DNA from: Bdellovibrionales bacterium
GTDB lineage: Bacteria; Bdellovibrionota; Bdellovibrionia; Bdellovibrionales; UBA1609
Direction of reading: 5' to 3'
DNA length: 64,000 nucleotides
NCBI GenBank assembly: GCA_965242515.1
Contig: OZ251448.1
Coordinates: forward strand, 518,512 to 582,511
Positions 18,190 through 27,457 of this stretch are shown one piece after another. Below the pieces are notes generated by a model. It did not search any database. It was not told the origin of the DNA and saw nothing but the letters and a program-made list of their open reading frames with translations. A program made the position numbers and the translations under genes. The first letter of the stretch is position 1; each line of letters starts with the position of its first letter.

Positions 18190-18364
18190 GATGCACCTGC
18201 TTGCATGCCCTACCTTCACCTAATCCATAAACTAATAAACATCAACTTTAGAGGTGAGAAAACCATGCTCAAAACGAGTTCGGATTTGATACAAAGTAGC
18301 AAGCTGAAAGCTTAACGCTTTGTAGCAAACCGCATGTCCGAGATCTGGAGTGAGGTTTTCTCGC
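18186..18364 (+). repeat. Dispersed intergenic repeat, full-length composite copy B (module 1 + module 2)
   Basis: Module 1 (18186-18260) matches 2526-2600. Module 2 contains a 63-nt block (18267-18329) identical to 24790-24852 and is bracketed by gagaaaacc / ggttttctc inverted ends. Confidence 0.85.
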
Positions 18365-18425
18365 CTAGAATATATATTTTTTAGGTTCAAGATAACTTCA
18401 AATAAGTACTATCTTTATAAGTTAA

Positions 18426-19952
18426 TTACTTAGAAGATTTCTTAGTAAAAGGGAAATCTATTGGCTGAATATCGTAAAAAGAAGTCAATCTTTCTAAAAC
18501 ACCCGGTACATGCCCTAAACCTACAGCAACCAAAGCACCTCCTTTTTGTAAATGAGGCATCATACGTAAAGCCATTCTTTGATCTTTTTTAATAAGCAAA
18601 GACTCCTGTAACATTTTAAGCAATTTCATTTGAACAAATATATTGTCTTGTATTTCTTTATCTGTGTTATGAGTATCAGAATCATCAGGAAAACAAGAAT
18701 TAAAAATCTTCATTTTTAATTCTTCAGCTAATTCAATATCCTGCCTACTGATATTAGTTATTTTCTCCTCTAAAAAAGCAGAAAACATTATAATATTTGG
18801 GTCTACTAAAAATGTATTTTCAAGATACTTATCAATATAATATTCAGGCAACTTAGCACATTGATACTTATTTAAAAAAGACACAATCGATTGCCTATAT
18901 TTTGTTTTAATTTTATCAAAATTTATTGATAAACCTAACATATAATTTTCAGCTAATTTAAGAAGAAAAATATTGAATACAGATTTTAAAAAACCATACC
19001 AAGCTATTTTTTTAATCTCCCTGTCATTATGAGATTCAAAATAAGAAATAAATTGTGTAACTTGATTACTAAATAACGGTATATTATTAAAACTCATGAG
19101 CTCTGAATCCACTACAATAGACATCTCCTCATGAATATTTACTAAACTAAAAATATCTTTACCTGCACAATAAAACTTTTTTTGAATATAACGATCCATT
19201 CTATCCACCTCAGGGATACAAGAAATACTTTCTTCTTTCGTCTCTATTATTTGTTGATCATGGGGAGCAGATTCTTTCTTTAATAACTTTTCTTGCAATG
19301 ATGACTTAAACCGTGCATCATAAAAAGCTTCTAATATATATGAATGAGGTAAGGGAGGCGAACCAGCTGTTGTAATATAAGTATTAGTCTCAAGCTTTGA
19401 CAATATATTCAATAATATAGAAGTAACCCACTTAGGATGTAGACGATTAAATATGTCATAATCCAAAATATCTACATTAAAAAGAATCGCTTGATTAAAA
19501 CTATCATCCATCAAATAAGGCTCAGAATGTTGAATAGCTTTAAAAGTTTTACGAGTCATCTCTTCACCTAAATAATCAACCAGTGTTTGGTTATGTGGTA
19601 AAAACACTCCAAGCTTATCTATATCTACATCAGGTTTGTCTAGTATAAGCATTTCAAAAACGCCAATATCAGATTGATCAATCACATGGACTAAAGTTGA
19701 TGCCAATGCTGGAATTTTGAGAGGATGCATTGTACCCAATAAATAACTAGGCTTTACACCTGGTTTTGAAATTCTATATAAAACAGAACTTTTCTTTTTT
19801 ACTATATTATCATCTATACTATAAGGTAGAAAGTTACGAACAGTTTGCCTCTCCTCACCAAACGAAAAAGCCATACTGACTATTGCTATAATACAGCATA
19901 CAGTAAATAAAACAAATCTAATAAAACCCATCATAATTATATACTTTACCAA
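18426..19952 (-). CDS. TraB/GumN-family protein with a large central insertion, membrane-anchored
   Basis: N-terminal YLLGTMHPL and C-terminal GGALVAVGLGHVPGVLERL resemble the GTxH...GxxHLxG pair of the TraB/PrgY/GumN family, recalled from memory. Very AT-rich gene. Confidence 0.5.
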   Translation of the reverse strand: MVKYIIMMGFIRFVLFTVCCIIAIVSMAFSFGEERQTVRNFLPYSIDDNIVKKKSSVLYRISKPGVKPSYLLGTMHPLKIPALASTLVHVIDQSDIGVFEMLILDKPDVDIDKLGVFLPHNQTLVDYLGEEMTRKTFKAIQHSEPYLMDDSFNQAILFNVDILDYDIFNRLHPKWVTSILLNILSKLETNTYITTAGSPPLPHSYILEAFYDARFKSSLQEKLLKKESAPHDQQIIETKEESISCIPEVDRMDRYIQKKFYCAGKDIFSLVNIHEEMSIVVDSELMSFNNIPLFSNQVTQFISYFESHNDREIKKIAWYGFLKSVFNIFLLKLAENYMLGLSINFDKIKTKYRQSIVSFLNKYQCAKLPEYYIDKYLENTFLVDPNIIMFSAFLEEKITNISRQDIELAEELKMKIFNSCFPDDSDTHNTDKEIQDNIFVQMKLLKMLQESLLIKKDQRMALRMMPHLQKGGALVAVGLGHVPGVLERLTSFYDIQPIDFPFTKKSSK

Positions 19953-20148
19953 TCATAGAGTGTAAAAACAATTAAAAACTTAAAAAATAATAGCTATAAA
20001 TGTAATTTTTATAAACTTACATATATGCACTATGTAATATTTACACTGTGGTATTATTTTTGTTTCTCTTAAAAAATAAAATATTTTATAAATTAAGTGC
20101 TTAAACTTAAATATTTTTACTGAATTTATATAAAAATTACGAAAAAAA

Positions 20149-20445
20149 ATGAAGATATTAAGACAAGTTACTCTATTGGCTAAAATCACTCTTCCATACA
20201 TTTTAGTAAGTGTGGTTTATTTACTTATGTGTAGGGGTGCCGCAGCTCAAGACACATGCACCTTAACTTTTACACAAACACCTGCTATTACACAACATAA
20301 AGAAATGCTCCAACCCATTCAAAAACCTCATAACAATCGCCATTTTGATACGACACATCACGAAATGTCTGTAAGACAAAAAAGGCAAGCCTTATATAAA
20401 AATTTAAGTATTATGTTACAAGATAATATTGAAAGTTACAAGTAA
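20149..20445 (+). CDS. Small hypothetical secreted protein
   Basis: Signal-peptide-like N-terminus ending AAAQ. No other support. Confidence 0.3.
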   Translation: MKILRQVTLLAKITLPYILVSVVYLLMCRGAAAQDTCTLTFTQTPAITQHKEMLQPIQKPHNNRHFDTTHHEMSVRQKRQALYKNLSIMLQDNIESYK

Positions 20446-20680
20446 AAACATCTAAACTTTGATAACCTCACTTTGGGTATTTGTATATAGGGTCTTGTGT
20501 GCTAGTACATATTTTAATGGCAACTTGAGACGAACTTTCAAGGTTGTATCTTCTATTTTAGGACCTGTGAAATTTAGATAATAAAATTAAAATGGAAAAT
20601 ATTTTTACGGCAATGTAGAAGATTTTTATAAAATACAAAACAATTTATTAGATAAAAATGGCGAAGTAAAAGAAGAGTTT

Positions 20681-22078
20681 TTGGGTATAGATGGTCAAGT
20701 ATATTATGCTGAAAAATACTTAGATGGATATATGATTAAAACTTTTCAAAATGTATCAACTGTTTTGGGAATAAAAAAAATACAAGAAATGGGTTGGAAA
20801 TATTTTGTTGGTGCAACAGAAGATATAAAGAAAATTAGAAGTACAATATTAGATAAAAATGGCAATATTGATACTAATTATAGTGGCATGCAAGGTTTAG
20901 CATTATATGCAGAGTTTTATTTTGATAATAATATTACTAACGCTTTTAGAAGTGTAAAAGCAATAATAGATAAAAATCAATTTAAAAAGCTTAAATGGAA
21001 AACTTTTATAGGAACAGTAAAAGAATTTGATGATACTTATAATATGGTAATGGATGAAGAAGGTCAACTACGACAAGAAGCTATTGGTCCTCATGGCTTA
21101 GCTTATATAGCTAAAAAACACTTTAGTGGTAGCCCACAAACAGCATATAGTAATATTAAGGCTGTATTAGATAGATATAATTTCCACAACTTAAAATGGA
21201 GAACATTTAATGTGTCTATAAAAATATACAAAACAGTTAATACTTTTATTCATAGTTTTTCTTCTATTAATGATTTTATTAAAGAGTACAAAGGTACCGA
21301 AGGGTATATTCGTATTGCTGACAAATTCACTGGTAGTAATATGAGTAAAGCTTATAAAATTGTATCTTCAATACTTGGAGTAAAACAATTCAAAAAATTA
21401 GGCTGGATCCAATTTGACGATACTACTCACGAGTGGCACACTATACGAACAAAGCTTTTTGATAAAAATGGTCATATTAGAAAAGAATTTATGGGTACTG
21501 ATGGGCATGTTGCTTTTGCAGATTTGTATACAAATAGCCATATGGTAAGAGCATTTACTGCTACTTATAATATGTTAGGTAGTCGTCAAGCAGTAGAGAA
21601 GAAGCTTCAGTGGAAATATTATCGAGGAAATACAACGAAAAATTTTAAAATACAACGACAGTTATTTAAAGACGAACAAAGTATTCATCAATTTATTACA
21701 CAGTATAAAGGCAGGGATGGGCACATCACTTATACTGATAAATACCATGAAGGTAATTTAAATGTCGCAATAGAAAATGTAAAGTATTTTTTAACCAAAA
21801 AGCAATTTGAACAACTGCAATGGAGAAGATTTTTTGGTAGCACTGAACAATTAAAAATGTTACTAGAAGATTTTAACAAACACTACCCAAGCAAGTGGAA
21901 AGGCACTGACAATCAAAAAAGAATAGCAAATAAAATATTTGATGGATATTTATATACATCTTATAGAAGCACTTTAGAGGGAAGAGATTATTTATTTGGC
22001 TCGCCCACAAACTCATTGATTAAATTTAAAAAACTTAAGTGGAAAAGTGTAAGAAACTCAGCAAAGAAAATACCCTAA
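20681..22078 (+). CDS. Tandem-repeat protein: about seven copies of a ~68-aa unit of unknown family; 5' end appears decayed
   Basis: Unit consensus G.DG...YA.KY..G.M..AF..V...LG.KQF.KL.WK.F.G....F..I...L.D.NG.I..E. The only available start is TTG. Repeat homology continues upstream through a frameshift and stops. Confidence 0.55.
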   Translation: MGIDGQVYYAEKYLDGYMIKTFQNVSTVLGIKKIQEMGWKYFVGATEDIKKIRSTILDKNGNIDTNYSGMQGLALYAEFYFDNNITNAFRSVKAIIDKNQFKKLKWKTFIGTVKEFDDTYNMVMDEEGQLRQEAIGPHGLAYIAKKHFSGSPQTAYSNIKAVLDRYNFHNLKWRTFNVSIKIYKTVNTFIHSFSSINDFIKEYKGTEGYIRIADKFTGSNMSKAYKIVSSILGVKQFKKLGWIQFDDTTHEWHTIRTKLFDKNGHIRKEFMGTDGHVAFADLYTNSHMVRAFTATYNMLGSRQAVEKKLQWKYYRGNTTKNFKIQRQLFKDEQSIHQFITQYKGRDGHITYTDKYHEGNLNVAIENVKYFLTKKQFEQLQWRRFFGSTEQLKMLLEDFNKHYPSKWKGTDNQKRIANKIFDGYLYTSYRSTLEGRDYLFGSPTNSLIKFKKLKWKSVRNSAKKIP

Positions 22079-22282
22079 AATAAATAACTAAAGCATAAAA
22101 AATACACGAAAGCTACCCGCTGATTTTGTACTAAATTCCAAGGGGAATAGTAGCAAATTGGGCTGTTAATAATATTTCTGCTCGTATACTAGGTGGTATT
22201 TTTTGTAATACTTCTATTACTTTCTGTATTTGATGTAAATCATCGTCATTCATCTTTTTATTAAATTTTAGTTTTGTCTAAA

Positions 22283-22960
22283 TTAAGGTGCAGGGTTAGA
22301 GTGGTTATTAAAAGGCGATTCTTCCTCCGGTATTTCAATCTGTTTTAGTGGTTGTGTTGTGTCTCGGAAGTCTGCACCTTCTATCTTAGCATTTTTTAAA
22401 TCATCTTTTGTTAGAAACTTCACAGATCGTAAATCAGCACCTCGGAAGTCTGTATTTTTTATAATAGCATCTTTGAAATTTGCGTGTGAAAAAAATGAGC
22501 TACCTCGGAAGTCTGTATCTTCTAGATTTGCTCTTACCAATATTGCTCGATCTAAGTCAGCACCACGAAAATCAGCACCTTTTAGATTCGCTCCAGTAAA
22601 ATCTGACGCTGTTAAATCAGCACCACGAAAATCAGCACCTTGTAAATTCGCACCCCTAAAATTTGACCATCTTATATGCACACCTGGCATATATGCATTC
22701 TCAAAATCTGCACCTTGTAAATTACATTTATTTACTTTTAATTCATCTCTAGATTTTATATAGATATCATCTCTAAAATTATCTATATTACAATTAGATT
22801 CTATTTTATCTCTATCTACAGGTGGTGCATAACGAGATAAGTCTTCAGCTACTTGTCGGGTGGGGTTTTGTGGTGGAGGTTTATGAGCTTGCCTCTTTGG
22901 CTTAGTGGTAACACAAGCCCCAAGGCTTAAAAATAGCAATAAAGTAATAATATGTTTCAT
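22283..22960 (-). CDS. Pentapeptide-repeat lipoprotein
   Basis: Lipobox LSLGAC. Long run of A(D/N)LxG-type pentapeptides (ANLQGADFRGADLTASDFTGANLKGADFRGADL...). AGGAGG RBS at 22969-22974. Confidence 0.85.
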   Translation of the reverse strand: MKHIITLLLFLSLGACVTTKPKRQAHKPPPQNPTRQVAEDLSRYAPPVDRDKIESNCNIDNFRDDIYIKSRDELKVNKCNLQGADFENAYMPGVHIRWSNFRGANLQGADFRGADLTASDFTGANLKGADFRGADLDRAILVRANLEDTDFRGSSFFSHANFKDAIIKNTDFRGADLRSVKFLTKDDLKNAKIEGADFRDTTQPLKQIEIPEEESPFNNHSNPAP

Positions 22961-22978
22961 AATACAATCCTCCTTTTA

Positions 22979-23047
<69 letters not shown>

Positions 23048-23064
23048 ATCATTGAACTAAAAAA

Positions 23065-24669
23065 CTAATACCGAGTGTCAGAAAGGATTTTTTGTGCGAG
23101 TGGCACAAAACTTCTATCACAAATACTAAAGTTCATACCGCCTGTGATTTCTGCCAACCTTGCTAACTCAACTCCATAACGAGCATCTCGTTTAGCTTCT
23201 GCGACAAGGTGACTGTTGTCATATTGTGTTCTGCAAGCCACATCCCCCGGAATCATAATAATACCATAGCCTGTAAAACGCTCTCTCTGATGAGGATATA
23301 ACTCACCCACAAATTGCAACACATCATCGGCCGTTGTACGAACATGTGGTAAATCAGGGAAATCCCCACCTTCATCACTATTAGAAATTATAACTATTAC
23401 CTTATGAGCATGGTAGCGAAATTTATATTTGTGCTTTCTTAACGCCACTATTAAAGTTTTAAGTGGTTGCTCATGCCAGCTTCCTACCCCAGGTGATAAA
23501 TAAGATACCGGAACATCAATCATATTAGAACTATCAAAGTAACCGTCATTATCTTCCCAGTCATACCCACCGTCCCAATCGTATTCATCGTACTGATTGT
23601 ACTGATCGCTGTGATCACGGTCTTTTTGATCGTGGTCTTTATGTTGATTGCCGTATTTGTGCATCTTATAGGTACCTTTCACATGATATGACAATGTATC
23701 TATAAAAATAGATTCATAATCTAGCATACTTTTAGATAAAACATACTGATCTAATAACCTTCCATTATTTTCTAAAGGAATAAGCTCACCATTGTCATAA
23801 TGAGGAGCACTTTTAAAAATTGACACTGCATTACCCCAAATATTACGCAAACCCCAATTAGAATTGGTAAAAAATATCCTCCAATCTAAAGGTGATAAAG
23901 CTTGTATAAACCCTCTAAAATAAGCAGGAGCATTTAATAAAAACTGATGCATAGATTCCGATGTGTCTACCACAAACAAAATATCTACAGCACGACCATT
24001 ACTACCCCCACCATTAAACACACTAGGGTTAAATGTATTTATATCATCTCGCAAAACCCGCGAAGTGTCTACCTCTTGCAACCTACTAGTCATTCTACTT
24101 TGAGCCATGTTTTCTTGTTGTGGACGAGCATCACCTGACCCCATATTGGCATTATTCACACTACCCGTTGTATCTAATAAAGATGCATTGTAAGGTACGA
24201 TATTATTAGCACTGTCTAAAGGTGCACTGTCTGAAAGCCTTCTTCTATGAGAATGAGCCACACTATGCGATATGTTAGGTCTGTTAGCTAATGTAGAATA
24301 ATAACGACCTAAAGAACGAAATGATACAGGAGGGGTTGTAGCAAAATTACTTCTATATACCAAAGCTCCCCTTCTGCCTCTTCTACCCACTCTGCCTCTG
24401 CTATTTCTTGTATCTCTTCTGACTATTCTGCCTCTTCTGCCTATTCTACTGCGATTTCTGTGTGCCAAAACACCACGACGCCTGCCAGATCGTCGCCACC
24501 TAATAGTACCATCTTCTGATTCGTAAGCTTTTTTCCACCTTCTATCACCAATCAAAAGAGTTTTGCCTGCATCATCTGAAAGATCGTCCCCTTCTCCTGT
24601 AAAATAAACAGGATTGTTGCACGATGTTAAAAAAACTATTACAAACGCTAAAAGTAAATACCTCATCAT
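23065..24669 (-). CDS. VWA-like domain lipoprotein, paralogue 3 (Arg-rich linker, acidic/His-rich insert)
   Basis: Lipobox FLTSC. MIDAS-like VDILFVVDTSESM and IISNSDEG. C-terminal LARLAEITGGMNFSICDRSFVPLAQKI is shared with paralogue 1. Confidence 0.75.
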   Translation of the reverse strand: MMRYLLLAFVIVFLTSCNNPVYFTGEGDDLSDDAGKTLLIGDRRWKKAYESEDGTIRWRRSGRRRGVLAHRNRSRIGRRGRIVRRDTRNSRGRVGRRGRRGALVYRSNFATTPPVSFRSLGRYYSTLANRPNISHSVAHSHRRRLSDSAPLDSANNIVPYNASLLDTTGSVNNANMGSGDARPQQENMAQSRMTSRLQEVDTSRVLRDDINTFNPSVFNGGGSNGRAVDILFVVDTSESMHQFLLNAPAYFRGFIQALSPLDWRIFFTNSNWGLRNIWGNAVSIFKSAPHYDNGELIPLENNGRLLDQYVLSKSMLDYESIFIDTLSYHVKGTYKMHKYGNQHKDHDQKDRDHSDQYNQYDEYDWDGGYDWEDNDGYFDSSNMIDVPVSYLSPGVGSWHEQPLKTLIVALRKHKYKFRYHAHKVIVIISNSDEGGDFPDLPHVRTTADDVLQFVGELYPHQRERFTGYGIIMIPGDVACRTQYDNSHLVAEAKRDARYGVELARLAEITGGMNFSICDRSFVPLAQKILSDTRY

Positions 24670-24771
24670 AATATTTAATTATGGTATTTTTTCTGCAAAA
24701 AGAACAATAAGCAACGCGTTATTTTCTATTCTTTGCACTATTGCACACACCTAATAAACATTTTCTATTTG

Positions 24772-24889
24772 TGTGAGTGAAAAAACCGAGCTCAAAACGA
24801 GTTCGGATTTGATACAAAGTAGCAAGCTGAAAGCTTAACGCTTTGTAGCAAAACGCGGAGTCCTGAGCTTTTGACTTGGTTTTTACCCT
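24772..24889 (+). repeat. Dispersed intergenic repeat, copy C (degenerate module 1 + module 2)
   Basis: 63-nt block 24790-24852 is identical to 18267-18329. The terminal stem here is gaaaaaacc / ggttttt, changed on both sides relative to copy B. The tail ttttctcatctagaat at about 24960 resembles the copy B end. Confidence 0.85.
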
Positions 24890-25006
24890 ATATGCACAAA
24901 GTAGTAACAGGCGAATAATCCTCTCTGATTTGTAAAGCAAACGCATGCCCCTCTTAACTATTTTCTCATCTAGAATGCTTTAAAGTGCCTGCTTGAAAAA
25001 AAGATA

Positions 25007-26011
25007 TTATTCCATTTCAGAAATGGTTTGAGCTAAATGAGAATAATTAGCTGAACAAATACTTATAATACGACCTTTAGTCTGGGCTACAACTCCATAA
25101 ATAGTATGACTATAGCCAATCTTAGCCAACCTTTGTGGGTGTAAAGAAGCCACTTGATTTAAACAATACTGATCATTAGGGATAATAGAGATACTATACA
25201 CTCTTAATGCCCTGTGTGTACCATAATGCCTTTGAAAAGTTTGCACCAATTGTGCCGTAAGCTGTGTGCTATAACGCATAGCTGTTTGAATATTATTATG
25301 TAATCCCCCTCCCGTATTGGTAGTGGCACCACCTGCAACAAGTGGGATGTTACTGGTAGCTAAAGCACTTTCATCTCCGTTAGTAAAAATCACAGCTACT
25401 GCATGAGAATCCTGCCTAAAAAACCCGGGGTTGACTGATATAGCTTGTATCAAAGATTGCACAGGGTTATTTACTTGACTATGACAGTAAGGAGGCAGGC
25501 GACAGGGGTTTATAGAATTACGGACTAGTTTTTTTATATCCTGTGCTTCGTATCTTTTTAAAGTATCTAAAAACACCGATTCAGGTTTTGAAGTGTGAGG
25601 GTAAAGCACATTTTCTGATAATTCTGTACCTGCTTTTTCTAAAGGCATTATTTTACCAGCTAATAGGTCATGGCGATAATTTGCTAAAGCAGTCGGATCG
25701 TAATCGGCATTAGTGAGACCAATTTTCCAGTCCACAGAAGAAAGTGCCGATATAAAGCCCTTAAACTGCATTTTAACTTTTGTCAGATGCACATCCATAA
25801 GCTCTGGATTGGCATTAACAACAAACAAAATATCCATTTTTTTTGTCGGAGGAGGTAAAGGCTTCTTCTTAGGTTTCTTTTTTAATACACTAGGATGGTA
25901 CTCAGAAGCTTGTGTTTGCGAATTGACACCATTTGTCATAAAACCACAGCCTGTAAGCCACAGTATGCTCAACACACAGCTCAAACAAACAGTAATAAAA
26001 CGAGCAACCAT
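25007..26011 (-). CDS. VWA-like domain lipoprotein, paralogue 2 (MIDAS motif lost)
   Basis: Lipobox LTGC. MDILFVVNANPEL aligns to the DxSxS segment of its neighbours but lacks the Asp/Ser ligands. Shares FKGFISALSSVDWKI, FLDTL, FTNGDES and the ICSANYSHLAQ tail with the other two. Confidence 0.7.
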   Translation of the reverse strand: MVARFITVCLSCVLSILWLTGCGFMTNGVNSQTQASEYHPSVLKKKPKKKPLPPPTKKMDILFVVNANPELMDVHLTKVKMQFKGFISALSSVDWKIGLTNADYDPTALANYRHDLLAGKIMPLEKAGTELSENVLYPHTSKPESVFLDTLKRYEAQDIKKLVRNSINPCRLPPYCHSQVNNPVQSLIQAISVNPGFFRQDSHAVAVIFTNGDESALATSNIPLVAGGATTNTGGGLHNNIQTAMRYSTQLTAQLVQTFQRHYGTHRALRVYSISIIPNDQYCLNQVASLHPQRLAKIGYSHTIYGVVAQTKGRIISICSANYSHLAQTISEME

Positions 26012-26029
26012 ATAACAACTATAAGTTGT

Positions 26030-27319
26030 TTATAAAGAATCGGCAACAATTTTTTGAGCCAGTGGCACATAACTTGTGCTACAAAGGCTGAAATTAACAC
26101 CACCTGTCAGCTCCGCTAAACGAGCTAGTTGCACCCCGTATTTATCTTCATCAGAAAAATCCCACCAATCACCGTAATCTGCTTGGCAACTATAATCGCC
26201 AGGTCTTACTAAAACACCGTAAGCTGTAAGAGTACCAGTAAGCTGATTTTTAAAAGTTTGCACTATATCTTCTGCTTTAACATACTTGCCACCATTTTTA
26301 CCTTCGTCACTATCAGAAATAACAATCACCACTTTACGAGCGTTAGGTCTAAAAGTCCCTTTATTTGCTTGAAGAGCGTATTGGAGATTTTTCAGTGGCT
26401 GTTCATGCCAGTTACTGCAACCTGGAGACAGAGTACATGTACTTATATATGAAGTGCTATGGTCACTAGCATACTCGTAAGCACTATGATGCCTTAAAGT
26501 ATCTAAAAAAATGGATGAGTGGTTTCTAACTTGTGGAGACAAAAACCTGGGTGCGTGTGTCAACAAGCGACCATTATCTTCTAAAGGGATAAGCCCACCT
26601 TTGTTATAAAAACCGCTAGAAAATAAATACCCCGGATCCGGACTCATAAAATAAATCCTCCAGTCTAAAGCTGATAAAGCTTGCACAAAGCCTCTAAAAG
26701 TACTTTGGGCATTAACTAAAAAATCATACATAGAGTGCGAGGCATCAACATTAAATAAAATATCTACTTGAGGTCCTCCGCCACTAGCAGAAGAATGGCT
26801 TCTCCCACCCACTAAATCACTACCTATAGTGGTCATACGCATGCGATATTTATTTTTGCCCCCTTTAACCCTGGGAGGATCTAAGCGTTTTTGTAATGGT
26901 TTTACAAAAGGTGGAGTGGGTGTGCGTCTGGCAACTGGAGGGTTCACAATATCTGCTGTTGGCACACGTCTTCTCATATTTTTATATTTTTTACCCGTAC
27001 CATCTAAACCTTTACCTACTTTATGTGTATCATCAATTTGTTGATTAAGATTATTCACCCAACGGGGTCTAGTTTGTGTTTGAGGTACTACAACCTCATC
27101 TCTAGCAGACTGACGGTGGCGTCTTCTTCTTTTTTTGCTTTTAGACGAAGGTACAATGATCTTGCCTTCTGTGCTAGCTTCTATCCTAGAGGCTAATTGT
27201 TCATTCCATTCAGGACCTTTGTCGTCTAAGTTGATATCAGACGAGCCACAACCTGTAAGCACAGTCATTGTTAAAAATACAACCGCTAACAATAAGTAGT
27301 TTTTTTGTAGTTTATACAT
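26030..27319 (-). CDS. VWA-like domain lipoprotein, paralogue 1 (basic linker)
   Basis: Lipobox LTGC. VDILFNVDASHSM (DxSxS), WHEQPLK, VISDSDEG, LARLAELTGGVNFSLCSTSYVPLAQKI. Start placed at Met11 because GGAGGA lies 7 nt upstream of that ATG; the tracked ORF extends to 27349. Confidence 0.75.
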   Translation of the reverse strand: MYKLQKNYLLLAVVFLTMTVLTGCGSSDINLDDKGPEWNEQLASRIEASTEGKIIVPSSKSKKRRRRHRQSARDEVVVPQTQTRPRWVNNLNQQIDDTHKVGKGLDGTGKKYKNMRRRVPTADIVNPPVARRTPTPPFVKPLQKRLDPPRVKGGKNKYRMRMTTIGSDLVGGRSHSSASGGGPQVDILFNVDASHSMYDFLVNAQSTFRGFVQALSALDWRIYFMSPDPGYLFSSGFYNKGGLIPLEDNGRLLTHAPRFLSPQVRNHSSIFLDTLRHHSAYEYASDHSTSYISTCTLSPGCSNWHEQPLKNLQYALQANKGTFRPNARKVVIVISDSDEGKNGGKYVKAEDIVQTFKNQLTGTLTAYGVLVRPGDYSCQADYGDWWDFSDEDKYGVQLARLAELTGGVNFSLCSTSYVPLAQKIVADSL

Positions 27320-27379
27320 CGATACATCCTCCATAATATGTTCCATCATAATGTTCCATCATAACCATGTTTTATTAAA

Positions 27380-27457
27380 TGTCCTATTAAACCTGTCCTA
27401 TTAACCATGTCCTATTAAATGTTCTATAATAATTAACTCTATAGTAATTAACTCTAT
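27380..27457. promoter_or_regulatory. Short tandem direct repeats upstream of the VWA-like gene cluster (candidate operator array)
   Basis: tgtcctattaa occurs at 27380, 27394 and 27408 (14-bp period). taattaactctat occurs at 27430 and 27445 (15-bp period). All lie within a 320-bp non-coding leader. Confidence 0.4.

Noticed and set aside
18275-18295. gagttcggatttga in the dispersed repeat resembles a tRNA T-arm (GGTTCGAAT).
   Set aside because: No acceptor, D or anticodon arms can be drawn around it. I found no tRNA anywhere in the window.
22359-22763. 134-aa plus-strand ORF with repeating KSAPRKS.
   Set aside because: It is antisense to the pentapeptide-repeat gene. The periodic repeat keeps the opposite strand open. 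The minus-strand gene has a lipobox, an RBS and a recognised repeat family.
24719-24946. 75-aa minus-strand ORF between VWA paralogues 2 and 3.
   Set aside because: It lies entirely on the dispersed structured repeat (copy C). The 63-nt identical block elsewhere is non-coding, and there is no RBS.
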